A stretch of 37,929 bases of DNA from an uncultured Thermodesulfovibrio sp. (GCA_964653915.1 CAZZGC010000004.1:1-37929); one strand, 5' to 3'; positions 27,761 through 35,554 are shown, numbered from the stretch's first letter. Notes: generated by a model from the letters alone, not told the origin. Made by a program: numbers and translations.

Positions 27761-29291
27761 CTGGATAGGAGACGCTGTACTCACCCTGCCCGCCGTCAAA
27801 TCCATACGACAATCATATGCGGATGCGCACATCTGCCTGCTTGCAAGACCCTGGGTGGCCGAACTCTTTCGTAACAATTCAGACATAGACGAAACGATAA
27901 TCTACGAAGACTCTCACCGGGGGCCGCTCGGAAGGTACAGACTTGCACAGGAGCTGCGGTCCCGCCGATTCGACAGTGCCATTCTTTTCCAGAACGCATT
28001 TGATGCCGCGCTTATTGCCTGGATGGCTGGTATCCCGGAACGCTCCGGCTACGCGCGCGACATGCGCAGCCGCCTGCTTACAAATGCGATTCCACCGCCG
28101 GCACAGTCGGGACATCAGGTATTCTATTACCTCAACCTCCTCCAGCAGATCGGTGTAACTACCGGAGAGCCCCATCCATTTCTGCATCTTACTTCTGATG
28201 AAAAGGCATGGGCAAGAAAGCGACTCAAAAGGCATACTGGAGATTCCATTATAGTGGGAATAAATCCCGGAGCCACTTACGGCTCTGCCAAGAGATGGCC
28301 TGCCGGCAGGTTTGCTGACGTATCAAACCGCATAATCGATGAACTCGGCGGCAGGATCATCATATTCGGAAGCCCTGCAGAGGCAGGGATAGCATCGGAC
28401 ATCGTAAACAGCATAGCACAGATCAGGGGTGTTGAGCCTTCAGTGTTGAAAAGAGAAGGTTCCCCTGTAGCGATAATGGCTGGCAAAACCGGCCTGCGTG
28501 ACCTTGCCGCCCTCATTTCCGAGTGTGATGCATTCATAACAAACGACAGCGGGCCGATGCATATGGCTTCAGCGCTTTACGTCCCTGTCGTGGCAATCTT
28601 CGGTTCAACCGACAGCCGTTCTACCGGCCCTTTCGGAAAGGGGCACCGGGTACTGACCGCAAATCTGCCATGCTCGCCCTGCATGAAGCGGGAGTGCCCG
28701 GAAAAACACTTGGCCTGTATGAATGCCGTTACTGCAGACGATGTCTTTGCCGCCCTGCAAGAGGTGCTGCCCACGAAGCGGGCGGTCTTCCTCGACAAGG
28801 ACGGTACTCTGATAAAAAACATGCACTACCTGAACAGCTTCGACGACCTCCATATCCTGCCCGGTGCCGGAGACAGTATGCAGGAATTGAAGAAGGCAGG
28901 TTTCATGCTCGTGGGCATCACTAACCAGTCGGGTATCGCAAGGGGACTTGTCGATGAGGAGTTCGTGAGAAAATCAAATGATTATCTGATCAGGGAATTG
29001 GGTGTTGATGCATTTTACTACTGTCCTCATCACCCCGATGACAGGTGCGTCTGCAGAAAGCCGGCGGCGCTTATGGTAATGAAGGCCAGGGCTGATCACG
29101 GAATCAGGCTGAACGATTCATACATGATCGGAGATATGGATTCAGACATCGGGTTGGCATTGAACGCCGGTGTAAAAGGGGTTATGATCTCGGAAAATTC
29201 CGGTTTGGACAATGGCGCACACTTCACCGCGTCAAACCTGCAGGAAGCCGTGGAGTGGATACTTAAGAGGGAAAAGGACAGTAAGCGGTAA
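27723..29291 (+). CDS. Bifunctional ADP-heptose:LPS heptosyltransferase II (GT9, WaaF-like) / D,D-heptose 1,7-bisphosphate phosphatase (GmhB-like HAD) fusion
   Basis: The N-terminal GT9 part (RILIRSVNWIGDAVL.., GIPERSGY.., NDSGPMH) resembles RfaF. The C-terminal part from about 28779 has FLDKDGTL, GITNQSG, CPHHP..C.CRKP and GDMDSD motifs typical of GmhB. It overlaps the Lon-like gene by 38 nt. Confidence 0.85.
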   Translation: MKQRKRILIRSVNWIGDAVLTLPAVKSIRQSYADAHICLLARPWVAELFRNNSDIDETIIYEDSHRGPLGRYRLAQELRSRRFDSAILFQNAFDAALIAWMAGIPERSGYARDMRSRLLTNAIPPPAQSGHQVFYYLNLLQQIGVTTGEPHPFLHLTSDEKAWARKRLKRHTGDSIIVGINPGATYGSAKRWPAGRFADVSNRIIDELGGRIIIFGSPAEAGIASDIVNSIAQIRGVEPSVLKREGSPVAIMAGKTGLRDLAALISECDAFITNDSGPMHMASALYVPVVAIFGSTDSRSTGPFGKGHRVLTANLPCSPCMKRECPEKHLACMNAVTADDVFAALQEVLPTKRAVFLDKDGTLIKNMHYLNSFDDLHILPGAGDSMQELKKAGFMLVGITNQSGIARGLVDEEFVRKSNDYLIRELGVDAFYYCPHHPDDRCVCRKPAALMVMKARADHGIRLNDSYMIGDMDSDIGLALNAGVKGVMISENSGLDNGAHFTASNLQEAVEWILKREKDSKR

Positions 29292-29397
29292 GCAGTATGC
29301 AGTAGACAGTATGCAGTAGGGGCGTGGCGTTGCCACGCCCTGAAGCGAGAAAAGAATAGTAGGCGGTAGGGAGTAAGCAGTATGCAGATGACAGTCT
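29285..29397 (-). repeat. Full-length composite repeat in inverted orientation
   Basis: GCGGTAA GCAGTAT GCAGTAG ACAGTAT GCAGTAG; palindrome GGGCGTGGC-GTT-GCCACGCCC (29320..29340); CTGAAGCGAGAAAAGAA; then ATAGTAG GCGGTAG GGAGTAA GCAGTAT GCAGATG ACAGTCT. Confidence 0.9.
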
Positions 29398-29423
29398 GTT
29401 GTACTGTTGCGCTTACGTTCTTG

Positions 29424-29432
29424 TGATACAAT
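29424..29432 (+). promoter_or_regulatory. Candidate extended -10 promoter TGaTACAAT, 6 nt upstream of the ATG at 29439
   Basis: TGATACAAT is followed by AGCCTG and then the ATG. There is no SD, and position +7 from the -10 is the A of the start codon. Confidence 0.4.
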
Positions 29433-29438
29433 AGCCTG

Positions 29439-30455
29439 ATGAATATCCTCGTAATCAAGCCCAGTTCCCTGGGTGATGTGATCCATGCCCTCCCGTTTCT
29501 GGATTCCCTGAAGCGAAGCCTTCCCTCCGCGCAGATCGACTGGGTAATCGGCAGGAGTTTCAGGGGACTGCTTGAAGGAAATCCCCTTATAGAAGACCTG
29601 ATCGTCATTGACAAGGATTCATGGAAGCGTATCAGCAGGCTTCCGGCAACCATTAGGGAACTGAAAGCGCTTAACAGGAGGCTGAGGGCAAAGCGGTATG
29701 ATGCGGTCGTTGATCTTCAGGGACTCCTTCGCAGCGGCCTTATGACCGCCCTGGCAAAAACCCCTCTCAAGATAGGCTTTGCCGATGCCCGTGAAGGAAG
29801 CAGGGTCTTTTATGACAGAAAAATCTCCACGGCCGATGCGGTTCATGCTGTGGACCGCTGTCTTGAGGCTGCCAGAATGCTTGGAGCAAAGCCGGGCAGA
29901 GTCAGGTTCCCGCTCATGATTGACAGGGCAGCGGAACAGAGAGTTGATGAGCTGGTCTCCGGGATTGATGATTTCATCATGGTGGCTCCCTCGGCACGGT
30001 GGAAGACAAAGCAGTGGCCACCGGAGAATTTTGCTTCGGTGATGTCGCGCCTGCAAGCCTCCTTTGTCATAACAGGCACAAGGGCCGACAACCGTATAGC
30101 AGAGAAGATAGTCTCTCTTGCGGGTAAAGCAAAAATAGTAAATCTGTGCGGAAGGACTGGACTGAAGGAACTCATCGCGCTCTCGGAAAAGGCATCGGCG
30201 GTGCTGACCAACGACTCGGGTCCCATGCATATTGCAGCGGCATTGAACCGTCCTGTCGTTGCCATATTCGGACCGACCGATCCTGAAAAGACCGGGCCGT
30301 ACGGATGGAAGACCGCGAAAAAAATAAGGGTAATCAGGGCATCGGTCCCCTGCAGCCCCTGCAGGAAAAAGAGTGACTGTACCGATTTCAGATGCATGGA
30401 GAAGATCAGGCCGGATGCAGTACTCGAAGCCGTCATGGAAGTTACGGGAGGCTGA
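29439..30455 (+). CDS. waaC: ADP-heptose:LPS heptosyltransferase I (GT9, WaaC-like)
   Basis: MNILVIKPSSLGDVIHALP.., YDAVVDLQGLLRS.., NDSGPMH resemble E. coli RfaC. The Hep I versus Hep II assignment rests on resemblance only. Confidence 0.75.
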   Translation: MNILVIKPSSLGDVIHALPFLDSLKRSLPSAQIDWVIGRSFRGLLEGNPLIEDLIVIDKDSWKRISRLPATIRELKALNRRLRAKRYDAVVDLQGLLRSGLMTALAKTPLKIGFADAREGSRVFYDRKISTADAVHAVDRCLEAARMLGAKPGRVRFPLMIDRAAEQRVDELVSGIDDFIMVAPSARWKTKQWPPENFASVMSRLQASFVITGTRADNRIAEKIVSLAGKAKIVNLCGRTGLKELIALSEKASAVLTNDSGPMHIAAALNRPVVAIFGPTDPEKTGPYGWKTAKKIRVIRASVPCSPCRKKSDCTDFRCMEKIRPDAVLEAVMEVTGG

Positions 30456-30457
30456 AA

Positions 30458-31195
30458 ATGATTCATAAATTTATTGTGCTTATGATGGTCCTGACCATCC
30501 TTACGATCGCATTACCGCTTCAATCCGGGACATCGGACCCGGTCGAGAAAGAGTTCGTATATTACATCTACTGGTCGGGGATCAGGGCCGGCAAGGCCAT
30601 TCTGAGATACCGTATCGATAATGAACATATAACGATTCAGACACATGCCACATCTGCGTCTCTTATCTCGCTTTTCTACAAGGTGGACGACCGGGCAACG
30701 AGCATAATACGCGCAGATGGCTATCCCGAAAAATTCATACTAAAGGTCCGGCAGGGCCGTCACAAGAGAGACAAGGTTACACTCTTCGAACGTCTCGACA
30801 GTACTGGTCGGCAGAGAGTGGTTTTTAACAATATACGCGATGACGAGACAATCGAATATCTGTTTGAAAAACCTGCATTCGATCCGCTTTCGGCCTTCTA
30901 CGAAATGACCAAGTGGGATCTGCAGCCGGGCACGTCCGAGTTCATAGATATCTTCGACAACAAGAAGTTGTGGCATACAGAGGTGAAGGTGCTGAAAAAG
31001 GAAAGAATCAAGGTGCCGGCCGGTGAGTTCGACACCATACTCGTAAAACCGCTTATTCAGTCAGAGGGAATATTCCTGAAGACTGGTGACATCTATTTAT
31101 GGGCGCGTGACGACGAGACCAGGCTTCCGGTCAAGATGAAGAGCAAGGCAAAAATCGGTCATTTCACAGCCCTGCTCATCGAAGGAGACCTCTGA
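30458..31195 (+). CDS. DUF3108 family protein with signal peptide/N-terminal anchor
   Basis: YYIYWSGIRAGKAIL.. and ..DDETRLPVKMKSKAKIGHFTALL match the recalled DUF3108 pattern. The start is set at the ATG at 30458, behind the GGAGG SD, rather than the track start at 30392 inside waaC. Confidence 0.7.
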   Translation: MIHKFIVLMMVLTILTIALPLQSGTSDPVEKEFVYYIYWSGIRAGKAILRYRIDNEHITIQTHATSASLISLFYKVDDRATSIIRADGYPEKFILKVRQGRHKRDKVTLFERLDSTGRQRVVFNNIRDDETIEYLFEKPAFDPLSAFYEMTKWDLQPGTSEFIDIFDNKKLWHTEVKVLKKERIKVPAGEFDTILVKPLIQSEGIFLKTGDIYLWARDDETRLPVKMKSKAKIGHFTALLIEGDL

Positions 31196-31237
31196 AACAG
31201 GGATAAAGGCGCAAGGATAAGGAGTCGGGGATTCAAG

Positions 31238-31320
31238 TGACTGCCTACTGCTTACTGCCTACTGCCTACTGCTTACTGCCTACTGCTTACCGCCTACTGT
31301 CCTTTTCCCGCTTCCCTTTC
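31238..31320 (+). repeat. Composite repeat copy: 9 tandem heptamers plus a nonamer-like tail
   Basis: TGACTGC CTACTGC TTACTGC CTACTGC CTACTGC TTACTGC CTACTGC TTACCGC CTACTGT, then CCTTTTCCCGCTTCCCTTTC. Confidence 0.92.
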
Positions 31321-31400
31321 ATCCCCCCCATAAGTTATTATTAATATGTTACATTTCAATCAACATCAATGACTGCTATCACTAATATCCCGGAGGCTTT

Positions 31401-32702
31401 ATGAACATTGCGGTAATCGGCAGTGGTTACGTCGGACTCATAACCGGTGCATGCTTTGCCGAGTTCGGCATCCATGTAACATGTGTAGACAATGACGCAA
31501 AGAAGATCCGAATGATGAAAAAAGGTCAGGTCCCTTTTTACGAACCGGGACTTGAGGAGCTGATGCAAAACAACATCAAGGCAGGCAGGCTCGATTTCAC
31601 AACCAATCTGGCAGAGGCTGTAGATTCATCGCTTGTTATCTTCATCGCTGTAGGCACACCCCCGAGGGGCGACGGTTCGGCAGAGATGAAGTATGTCGAT
31701 GCGGTCGCGGAAGAAATCGCCCGCAACCTCAAGAGCTACAAGGTCATCGTTACGAAGAGCACTGTACCTGTCGGAACCGGCGACAGGATCAGAGACATCA
31801 TATCCCGCAATCTCCGGGAGAATGTCGATTTCGACGTCGTATCCAATCCCGAATTCCTCAGGGAAGGCGCCGGGATAGAGGACTTCATGCGCCCAAACAG
31901 AGTTGTCATAGGGACATCGAGTGATCAGGCAACAGCTATTATGAAAGACCTGTACAGGCCGCTCTACCTGATCGAGACTCCCATAGTCATAACGGACGTA
32001 AAGACGGCCGAACTGATCAAATACGCATCGAATGCCTTCCTCGCCACAAAGATATCTTTCATAAACGAAATGGCCAACCTTTGCGAAAGCGTGGGGGCAG
32101 ACGTCCAGGTCGTTGCAAAGGCAATGGGACTTGACAGGAGAATAGGTCCCAAGTTCCTCCACGCAGGCCCGGGTTATGGGGGCTCCTGTTTCCCGAAAGA
32201 CACACTGGCGCTTCTTCAGATAGGAAAAGACTATAAGGTCAACATGGGGCTAATAGACGCGACCATCAGGGCCAACGAGGAACAGAAAGAAAAGACCGCA
32301 AAAAAAATCACCGGTGCCATGAAAAAAGTGAAGGGCAAAACCATCTGCATACTCGGCCTTTCGTTCAAGCCAAACACGAATGATATGCGGGATGCCCCAT
32401 CAATTCATATTATAAAGAAACTTCTGAAGGCAGGAGCAAAGATCAGGGCATTCGATCCTGTTGCAATGCCGGATGCAAAGGCGATGCTCAAAGGAGTTAC
32501 CTTCTGTAAAGACGCTTACGACGCTGTCAAGGGCTCACACGCCGTGGTGATTGTCACAGAATGGAATCAGTTCCGTAACCTCGACATGAGCAAAATGAAA
32601 AAAATAATGAAAGACAGTTTTTTCTTTGATCTGAGAAATATATATGAACCGTCCCGACTGCGAAAGATGGGATTCCATTATGTCGCAATAGGCAGGCCCT
32701 GA
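31401..32702 (+). CDS. ugd: UDP-glucose 6-dehydrogenase
   Basis: N-terminal Rossmann GSGYVGL, the catalytic GGSCFPKD motif, and a length of 433 aa. The GGAGG SD lies 5 nt upstream. Confidence 0.93.
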   Translation: MNIAVIGSGYVGLITGACFAEFGIHVTCVDNDAKKIRMMKKGQVPFYEPGLEELMQNNIKAGRLDFTTNLAEAVDSSLVIFIAVGTPPRGDGSAEMKYVDAVAEEIARNLKSYKVIVTKSTVPVGTGDRIRDIISRNLRENVDFDVVSNPEFLREGAGIEDFMRPNRVVIGTSSDQATAIMKDLYRPLYLIETPIVITDVKTAELIKYASNAFLATKISFINEMANLCESVGADVQVVAKAMGLDRRIGPKFLHAGPGYGGSCFPKDTLALLQIGKDYKVNMGLIDATIRANEEQKEKTAKKITGAMKKVKGKTICILGLSFKPNTNDMRDAPSIHIIKKLLKAGAKIRAFDPVAMPDAKAMLKGVTFCKDAYDAVKGSHAVVIVTEWNQFRNLDMSKMKKIMKDSFFFDLRNIYEPSRLRKMGFHYVAIGRP

Positions 32703-32727
32703 TTTCTGATTGATTCCGCTCTCTGTC

Positions 32728-32757
32728 TTGACATCGGCAGCGCTATTCATCTAAAGT
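32728..32757 (+). promoter_or_regulatory. Candidate tpiA promoter TTGACA-N18-TAAAGT
   Basis: Consensus -35, and the ATG at 32767 lies 9 nt after the -10. No SD. Confidence 0.4.
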
Positions 32758-32766
32758 ATAACGTTT

Positions 32767-33519
32767 ATGAGAAAACCCTATATAGCAGCCAACTGGAAGA
32801 TGAACAAGACGATAGAAGAGAGTATCTCTTTTATCGAGGAGTTCATACCCCTTGTGAAGGACGTAACCGGCACGGATATTCTGCTCGCCCCTCCATTTAC
32901 GTCTCTCAGCAAAGCATCGGAGATGCTGACGGGCACCAATATCAGGCTGGGTGCCCAGAATCTCTACTTCGAGGAAAAAGGCGCATTCACAGGTGAAATC
33001 TCTGCTGACATGCTTCTTTCGGCGGGATGTTCGACGGTCATCATCGGGCACTCTGAAAGACGGCAGTATTTCAGAGAGACCGACGAGATAGTCAATAAAA
33101 AGATCAAAATGGCGCTTGACAAGGGACTCGATGTTATACTCTGCATCGGCGAGTCGCTTGATGAAAGAGAAGCCGGGAAGACATTCGATGTCCTTGAAGC
33201 GCAGCTTACCGGCTCACTCAGAGATGTTGGTATAGATAATATCACGATTGCTTATGAACCGATCTGGGCAATAGGCACAGGCAAAACCGCCACTCCGGAT
33301 CAGGCCAATGAAGCGCATGAATGCATCAGGCGCTGGCTTTCTTCCAATAAGAAAGGCGCAGAGAGCGTCAGGATCCAGTACGGGGGAAGCGTCACCCCGG
33401 ATAATATTTCGGACCTCATCAGTAAGCCGGAAGTAGACGGCGCGCTCGTCGGCGGTGCAAGCCTCAAGCCGGACAGCTTTGCAAAGATCGTCACCGGCGC
33501 TGCAGGAGGACAATCCTGA
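32767..33519 (+). CDS. tpiA: Triosephosphate isomerase
   Basis: AANWKMN, IIGHSERR, AYEPIWAIGTG, YGGSV motifs. Confidence 0.96.
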   Translation: MRKPYIAANWKMNKTIEESISFIEEFIPLVKDVTGTDILLAPPFTSLSKASEMLTGTNIRLGAQNLYFEEKGAFTGEISADMLLSAGCSTVIIGHSERRQYFRETDEIVNKKIKMALDKGLDVILCIGESLDEREAGKTFDVLEAQLTGSLRDVGIDNITIAYEPIWAIGTGKTATPDQANEAHECIRRWLSSNKKGAESVRIQYGGSVTPDNISDLISKPEVDGALVGGASLKPDSFAKIVTGAAGGQS

Positions 33520-33530
33520 GGGAGTAGAAA

Positions 33531-33914
33531 ATGTTTACTGCGGTAGTCATACTTCACATAGTCGCATGTCTGTTTCTGATATTTGTAATCCTTATTCAGA
33601 GCAGTAAGGGTGCCGAGATGGGAGCAGCATTCGGAGGGTCCAATCAGACTCTTTTCGGCAGCAGGGGCGCGGCAACGTTCCTGAGCAAGGTGACCACAGC
33701 CGCAGCCATAGTCTTCATGCTGACCTCGCTTTCACTGGCGATATTCTCGATCCACAGGGGTTCGGTAATGTCCTCCGTTGATGTCCCCAAAAAATCTGAA
33801 CGCCCTCTTGCCGGACCGTCATCAGGACCGCTGACGGACCAGCCCGTGGCACCGCAGCCGGCAGCGCCCGGACAGGGTGACGCCCAGACACCAGCACCGG
33901 CGGCGGAAAAGTAA
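33531..33914 (+). CDS. secG: Preprotein translocase subunit SecG (with a Pro/Ala-rich C-terminal tail)
   Basis: Two TM segments flank the GAxxGxAFGG..LFG motif. It follows tpiA in the conserved order, with SD GAGGGAG. Confidence 0.85.
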   Translation: MFTAVVILHIVACLFLIFVILIQSSKGAEMGAAFGGSNQTLFGSRGAATFLSKVTTAAAIVFMLTSLSLAIFSIHRGSVMSSVDVPKKSERPLAGPSSGPLTDQPVAPQPAAPGQGDAQTPAPAAEK

Positions 33915-34032
33915 GGCCTACTTCCCCCTCAACCAGATCTTAAACTCATGTACCTTCTGTTGCTCAGGCAACGCTGAGATTAATATTCGGTTGCAGCTTC
34001 TGTCACTCACCCGCCTTCTCTTTCTCCACGTC

Positions 34033-34061
34033 AATTATGTATAATATAACTATACATAATT
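34033..34061. promoter_or_regulatory. Perfect 11-bp inverted repeat overlapping a TATAAT box; candidate vapBC operator/promoter
   Basis: AATTATGTATA-ATATAAC-TATACATAATT. TATAAT lies at 34040..34045, followed by the AAGGAGG SD and the ATG at 34076. Confidence 0.5.
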
Positions 34062-34075
34062 AAGGAGGATTACAC

Positions 34076-34312
34076 ATGGAAGCATCTATAGTGGACCTGA
34101 GATATAAAATGAAAGATGTTTTAAGGGCCCTTGAGAGGAAAGAGCGGGTTATAATCCGAAGTCACGGAAAGGTTAAAGGTTTAATTATCCCCGTTGATAC
34201 GGCAATTAACGGCAGCAAAGTCAAGGATCATCCCTTCTTCGGAATGGCAGGAAAGAAGAGGGAATCTGTACTGGATGAGCTTGAAAAGCTCAGGGGAGGG
34301 CGCTTTAAATGA
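34076..34312 (+). CDS. Type II antitoxin (Phd/YefM- or VapB-like)
   Basis: 78-aa ORF with a strong SD and a 4-nt ATGA overlap with the downstream PIN toxin gene. The N-terminal pattern (LRYKMKDVLRALERKERVII.. GKVKGLIIPV) is typical of Phd/YefM-fold antitoxins. Confidence 0.7.
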   Translation: MEASIVDLRYKMKDVLRALERKERVIIRSHGKVKGLIIPVDTAINGSKVKDHPFFGMAGKKRESVLDELEKLRGGRFK

Positions 34313-34686
34313 TTTTTGATACGGATATTTTCATATGGGTCCAAAGAGGGAATGAAAAAGCCGCACGGTTAATCGACAGAGAATCAGAAAGATATCTGTC
34401 CGTACAGACATATATGGAGCTATTGCAGTCCGCGAAAAATAAAGTCCAGCATAACCATGTAAAGGATTTTATATCTTCATATGGATTTATAGTTTTGCCG
34501 CTGACAGAGAATATCGGGCACAGAGCATCAATTTATATTGAAGAATATACGCTTTCATGCGGATTAAGAGCAGGCGATGCGATCATTGCTGCAACAGCAA
34601 CAGAAAACAACTTAACGCTTGCCACCAGTAACGCAAAACATTTTAGACCAATCAGGGACTTGAAGTTTAAGGTGTTTAAGCCCTGA
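34309..34686 (+). CDS. vapC: PIN-domain ribonuclease toxin VapC
   Basis: 125 aa with acidic PIN residues at FDTD (N-terminus), MELLQ, GDAIIAATA and the TSNAKHF end motif. Confidence 0.85.
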   Translation: MIFDTDIFIWVQRGNEKAARLIDRESERYLSVQTYMELLQSAKNKVQHNHVKDFISSYGFIVLPLTENIGHRASIYIEEYTLSCGLRAGDAIIAATATENNLTLATSNAKHFRPIRDLKFKVFKP

Positions 34687-34730
34687 CAGCAAGGGGAAAT
34701 GTGAAGGCGCCTACGGAAGCCTGAAGCCAA

Positions 34731-34786
34731 CTTCTTTTCCCGCTCTTCCCGCTTCAGGGCGTGGCACCGCCCCTACCGCCTACTTT
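34731..34786 (+). repeat. Composite repeat copy with a degenerate (partly deleted) palindrome
   Basis: CTTCTTTTCCCGC TCTTCCCGC TTCA GGGCGTGGCACCGCCCC(T) CTACCGC CTACTTT. The palindrome lacks the GCCAC part of the right arm. Confidence 0.8.
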
Positions 34787-34793
34787 CCTTTAT

Positions 34794-35087
34794 TCAGGCA
34801 TAAGTATCAACATACCTGCCCTTGAGACCATCACAGACAGCTTTTCTGCCTGCCCTGTTGTATGAGGCGTATGGTGAGACAGGGGTGGGAGGGTTTTCCA
34901 CGCGGAATCCTGCCGCAGCCCGCGGCACACGTGACGGTGTAACATCTACGACATCATTATCGGGATGTTCTCTTCTTCCGGCGTTAGAGTGAAAGGAATT
35001 GATGTTGAAGCGGACGCTGCTGGTGGAAGTAACACTCCGCTCTGATCTGAAGAAATTCAGAAAATTGAAATTAATGACGGTCGTCAT
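34794..35087 (-). CDS. Hypothetical 97-aa protein (coding status uncertain)
   Basis: It is the only ORF of 60 aa or more in a 400-nt gap. There is no recognisable domain, no clear SD, and the composition is low-complexity/disordered. Confidence 0.25.
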   Translation of the reverse strand: MTTVINFNFLNFFRSERSVTSTSSVRFNINSFHSNAGRREHPDNDVVDVTPSRVPRAAAGFRVENPPTPVSPYASYNRAGRKAVCDGLKGRYVDTYA

Positions 35088-35189
35088 CTACTACCGCCCA
35101 GGTAATTTGAATAAGCGCCTGATGCAGTCATAAACCTTAGCCTTAATCTGCATGATAAAACAAAAATAGGGGATTATGCAAGGAATATG

Positions 35190-35525
35190 TTATACAGTCC
35201 TGATCGAAAAAAGCGGAGGGCTGATGGATTCGCCCCTGCAGCGCGGACACCTGCCGGGCTTGCCGAGCCTTTCCCTCTTCGCAAATACGAACCCGCACTT
35301 CCTGCATACAGGCGGCTGCATCACCAGACGTTCACGCTGCCTGAGCAACGACCTTCGGATATGCTCCAGATGCGCATATACCTCCTTTTCCGGCAGGCCC
35401 GCATTTGCAGAAATCTCTTTTGCATCCATAGGCCTGTCCTGTAACAGACGGGCGATCGTCACCCGAGCTGTCTCCTCACGCTGCTGCGGAGTCCTTTCCC
35501 TGAATTGCCTGTCCCGTCCGCTCAT
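35190..35525 (-). CDS. Transcriptional regulator, winged-HTH fused to a C-terminal Zn-ribbon (COG3357-like)
   Basis: HTH-like segment ARLLQDRPMDAKEISANAGLPEKEVYAHLEHI and CRKCG..(14)..CPRCRG. Confidence 0.7.
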   Translation of the reverse strand: MSGRDRQFRERTPQQREETARVTIARLLQDRPMDAKEISANAGLPEKEVYAHLEHIRRSLLRQRERLVMQPPVCRKCGFVFAKRERLGKPGRCPRCRGESISPPLFSIRTV

Positions 35526-35554
35526 AATATTTTTTCAGCTTTCATCTATCAGCG

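Noticed and set aside
29096-29653. Track ORFs running through repeat copies: 29096..29653(-), 29232..29486(-) and 35176..35646(+).
   Set aside because: Their open frames are created by stop-free tandem heptamers (peptides such as LLHTAYCLP). They overlap well-supported genes on the other strand.
30392-30457. The upstream extension of the DUF3108 ORF, which overlaps the end of waaC.
   Set aside because: The ATG at 30458 is preceded by GGAGG at good spacing and starts directly with a signal-anchor sequence. The extension is hydrophilic and overlaps waaC by 64 nt.
33915-34032. An expected tRNA gene downstream of secG (tRNA-Leu follows secG in E. coli) and a terminator hairpin (CTCAG-GCAACG-CTGAG near 33963..33978).
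   Set aside because: I can see no cloverleaf-compatible sequence with conserved T-loop or D-loop motifs. The hairpin has only 5 bp and lacks a T-tract.
34794-35087. Weak resemblance of the C-terminus (..KAVCDGLKGRYVD..) of the 97-aa ORF to the FlgM anti-sigma-28 motif.
   Set aside because: The spacing does not match the GxYxVD pattern, the rest of the protein does not align, and no flagellar genes are nearby.
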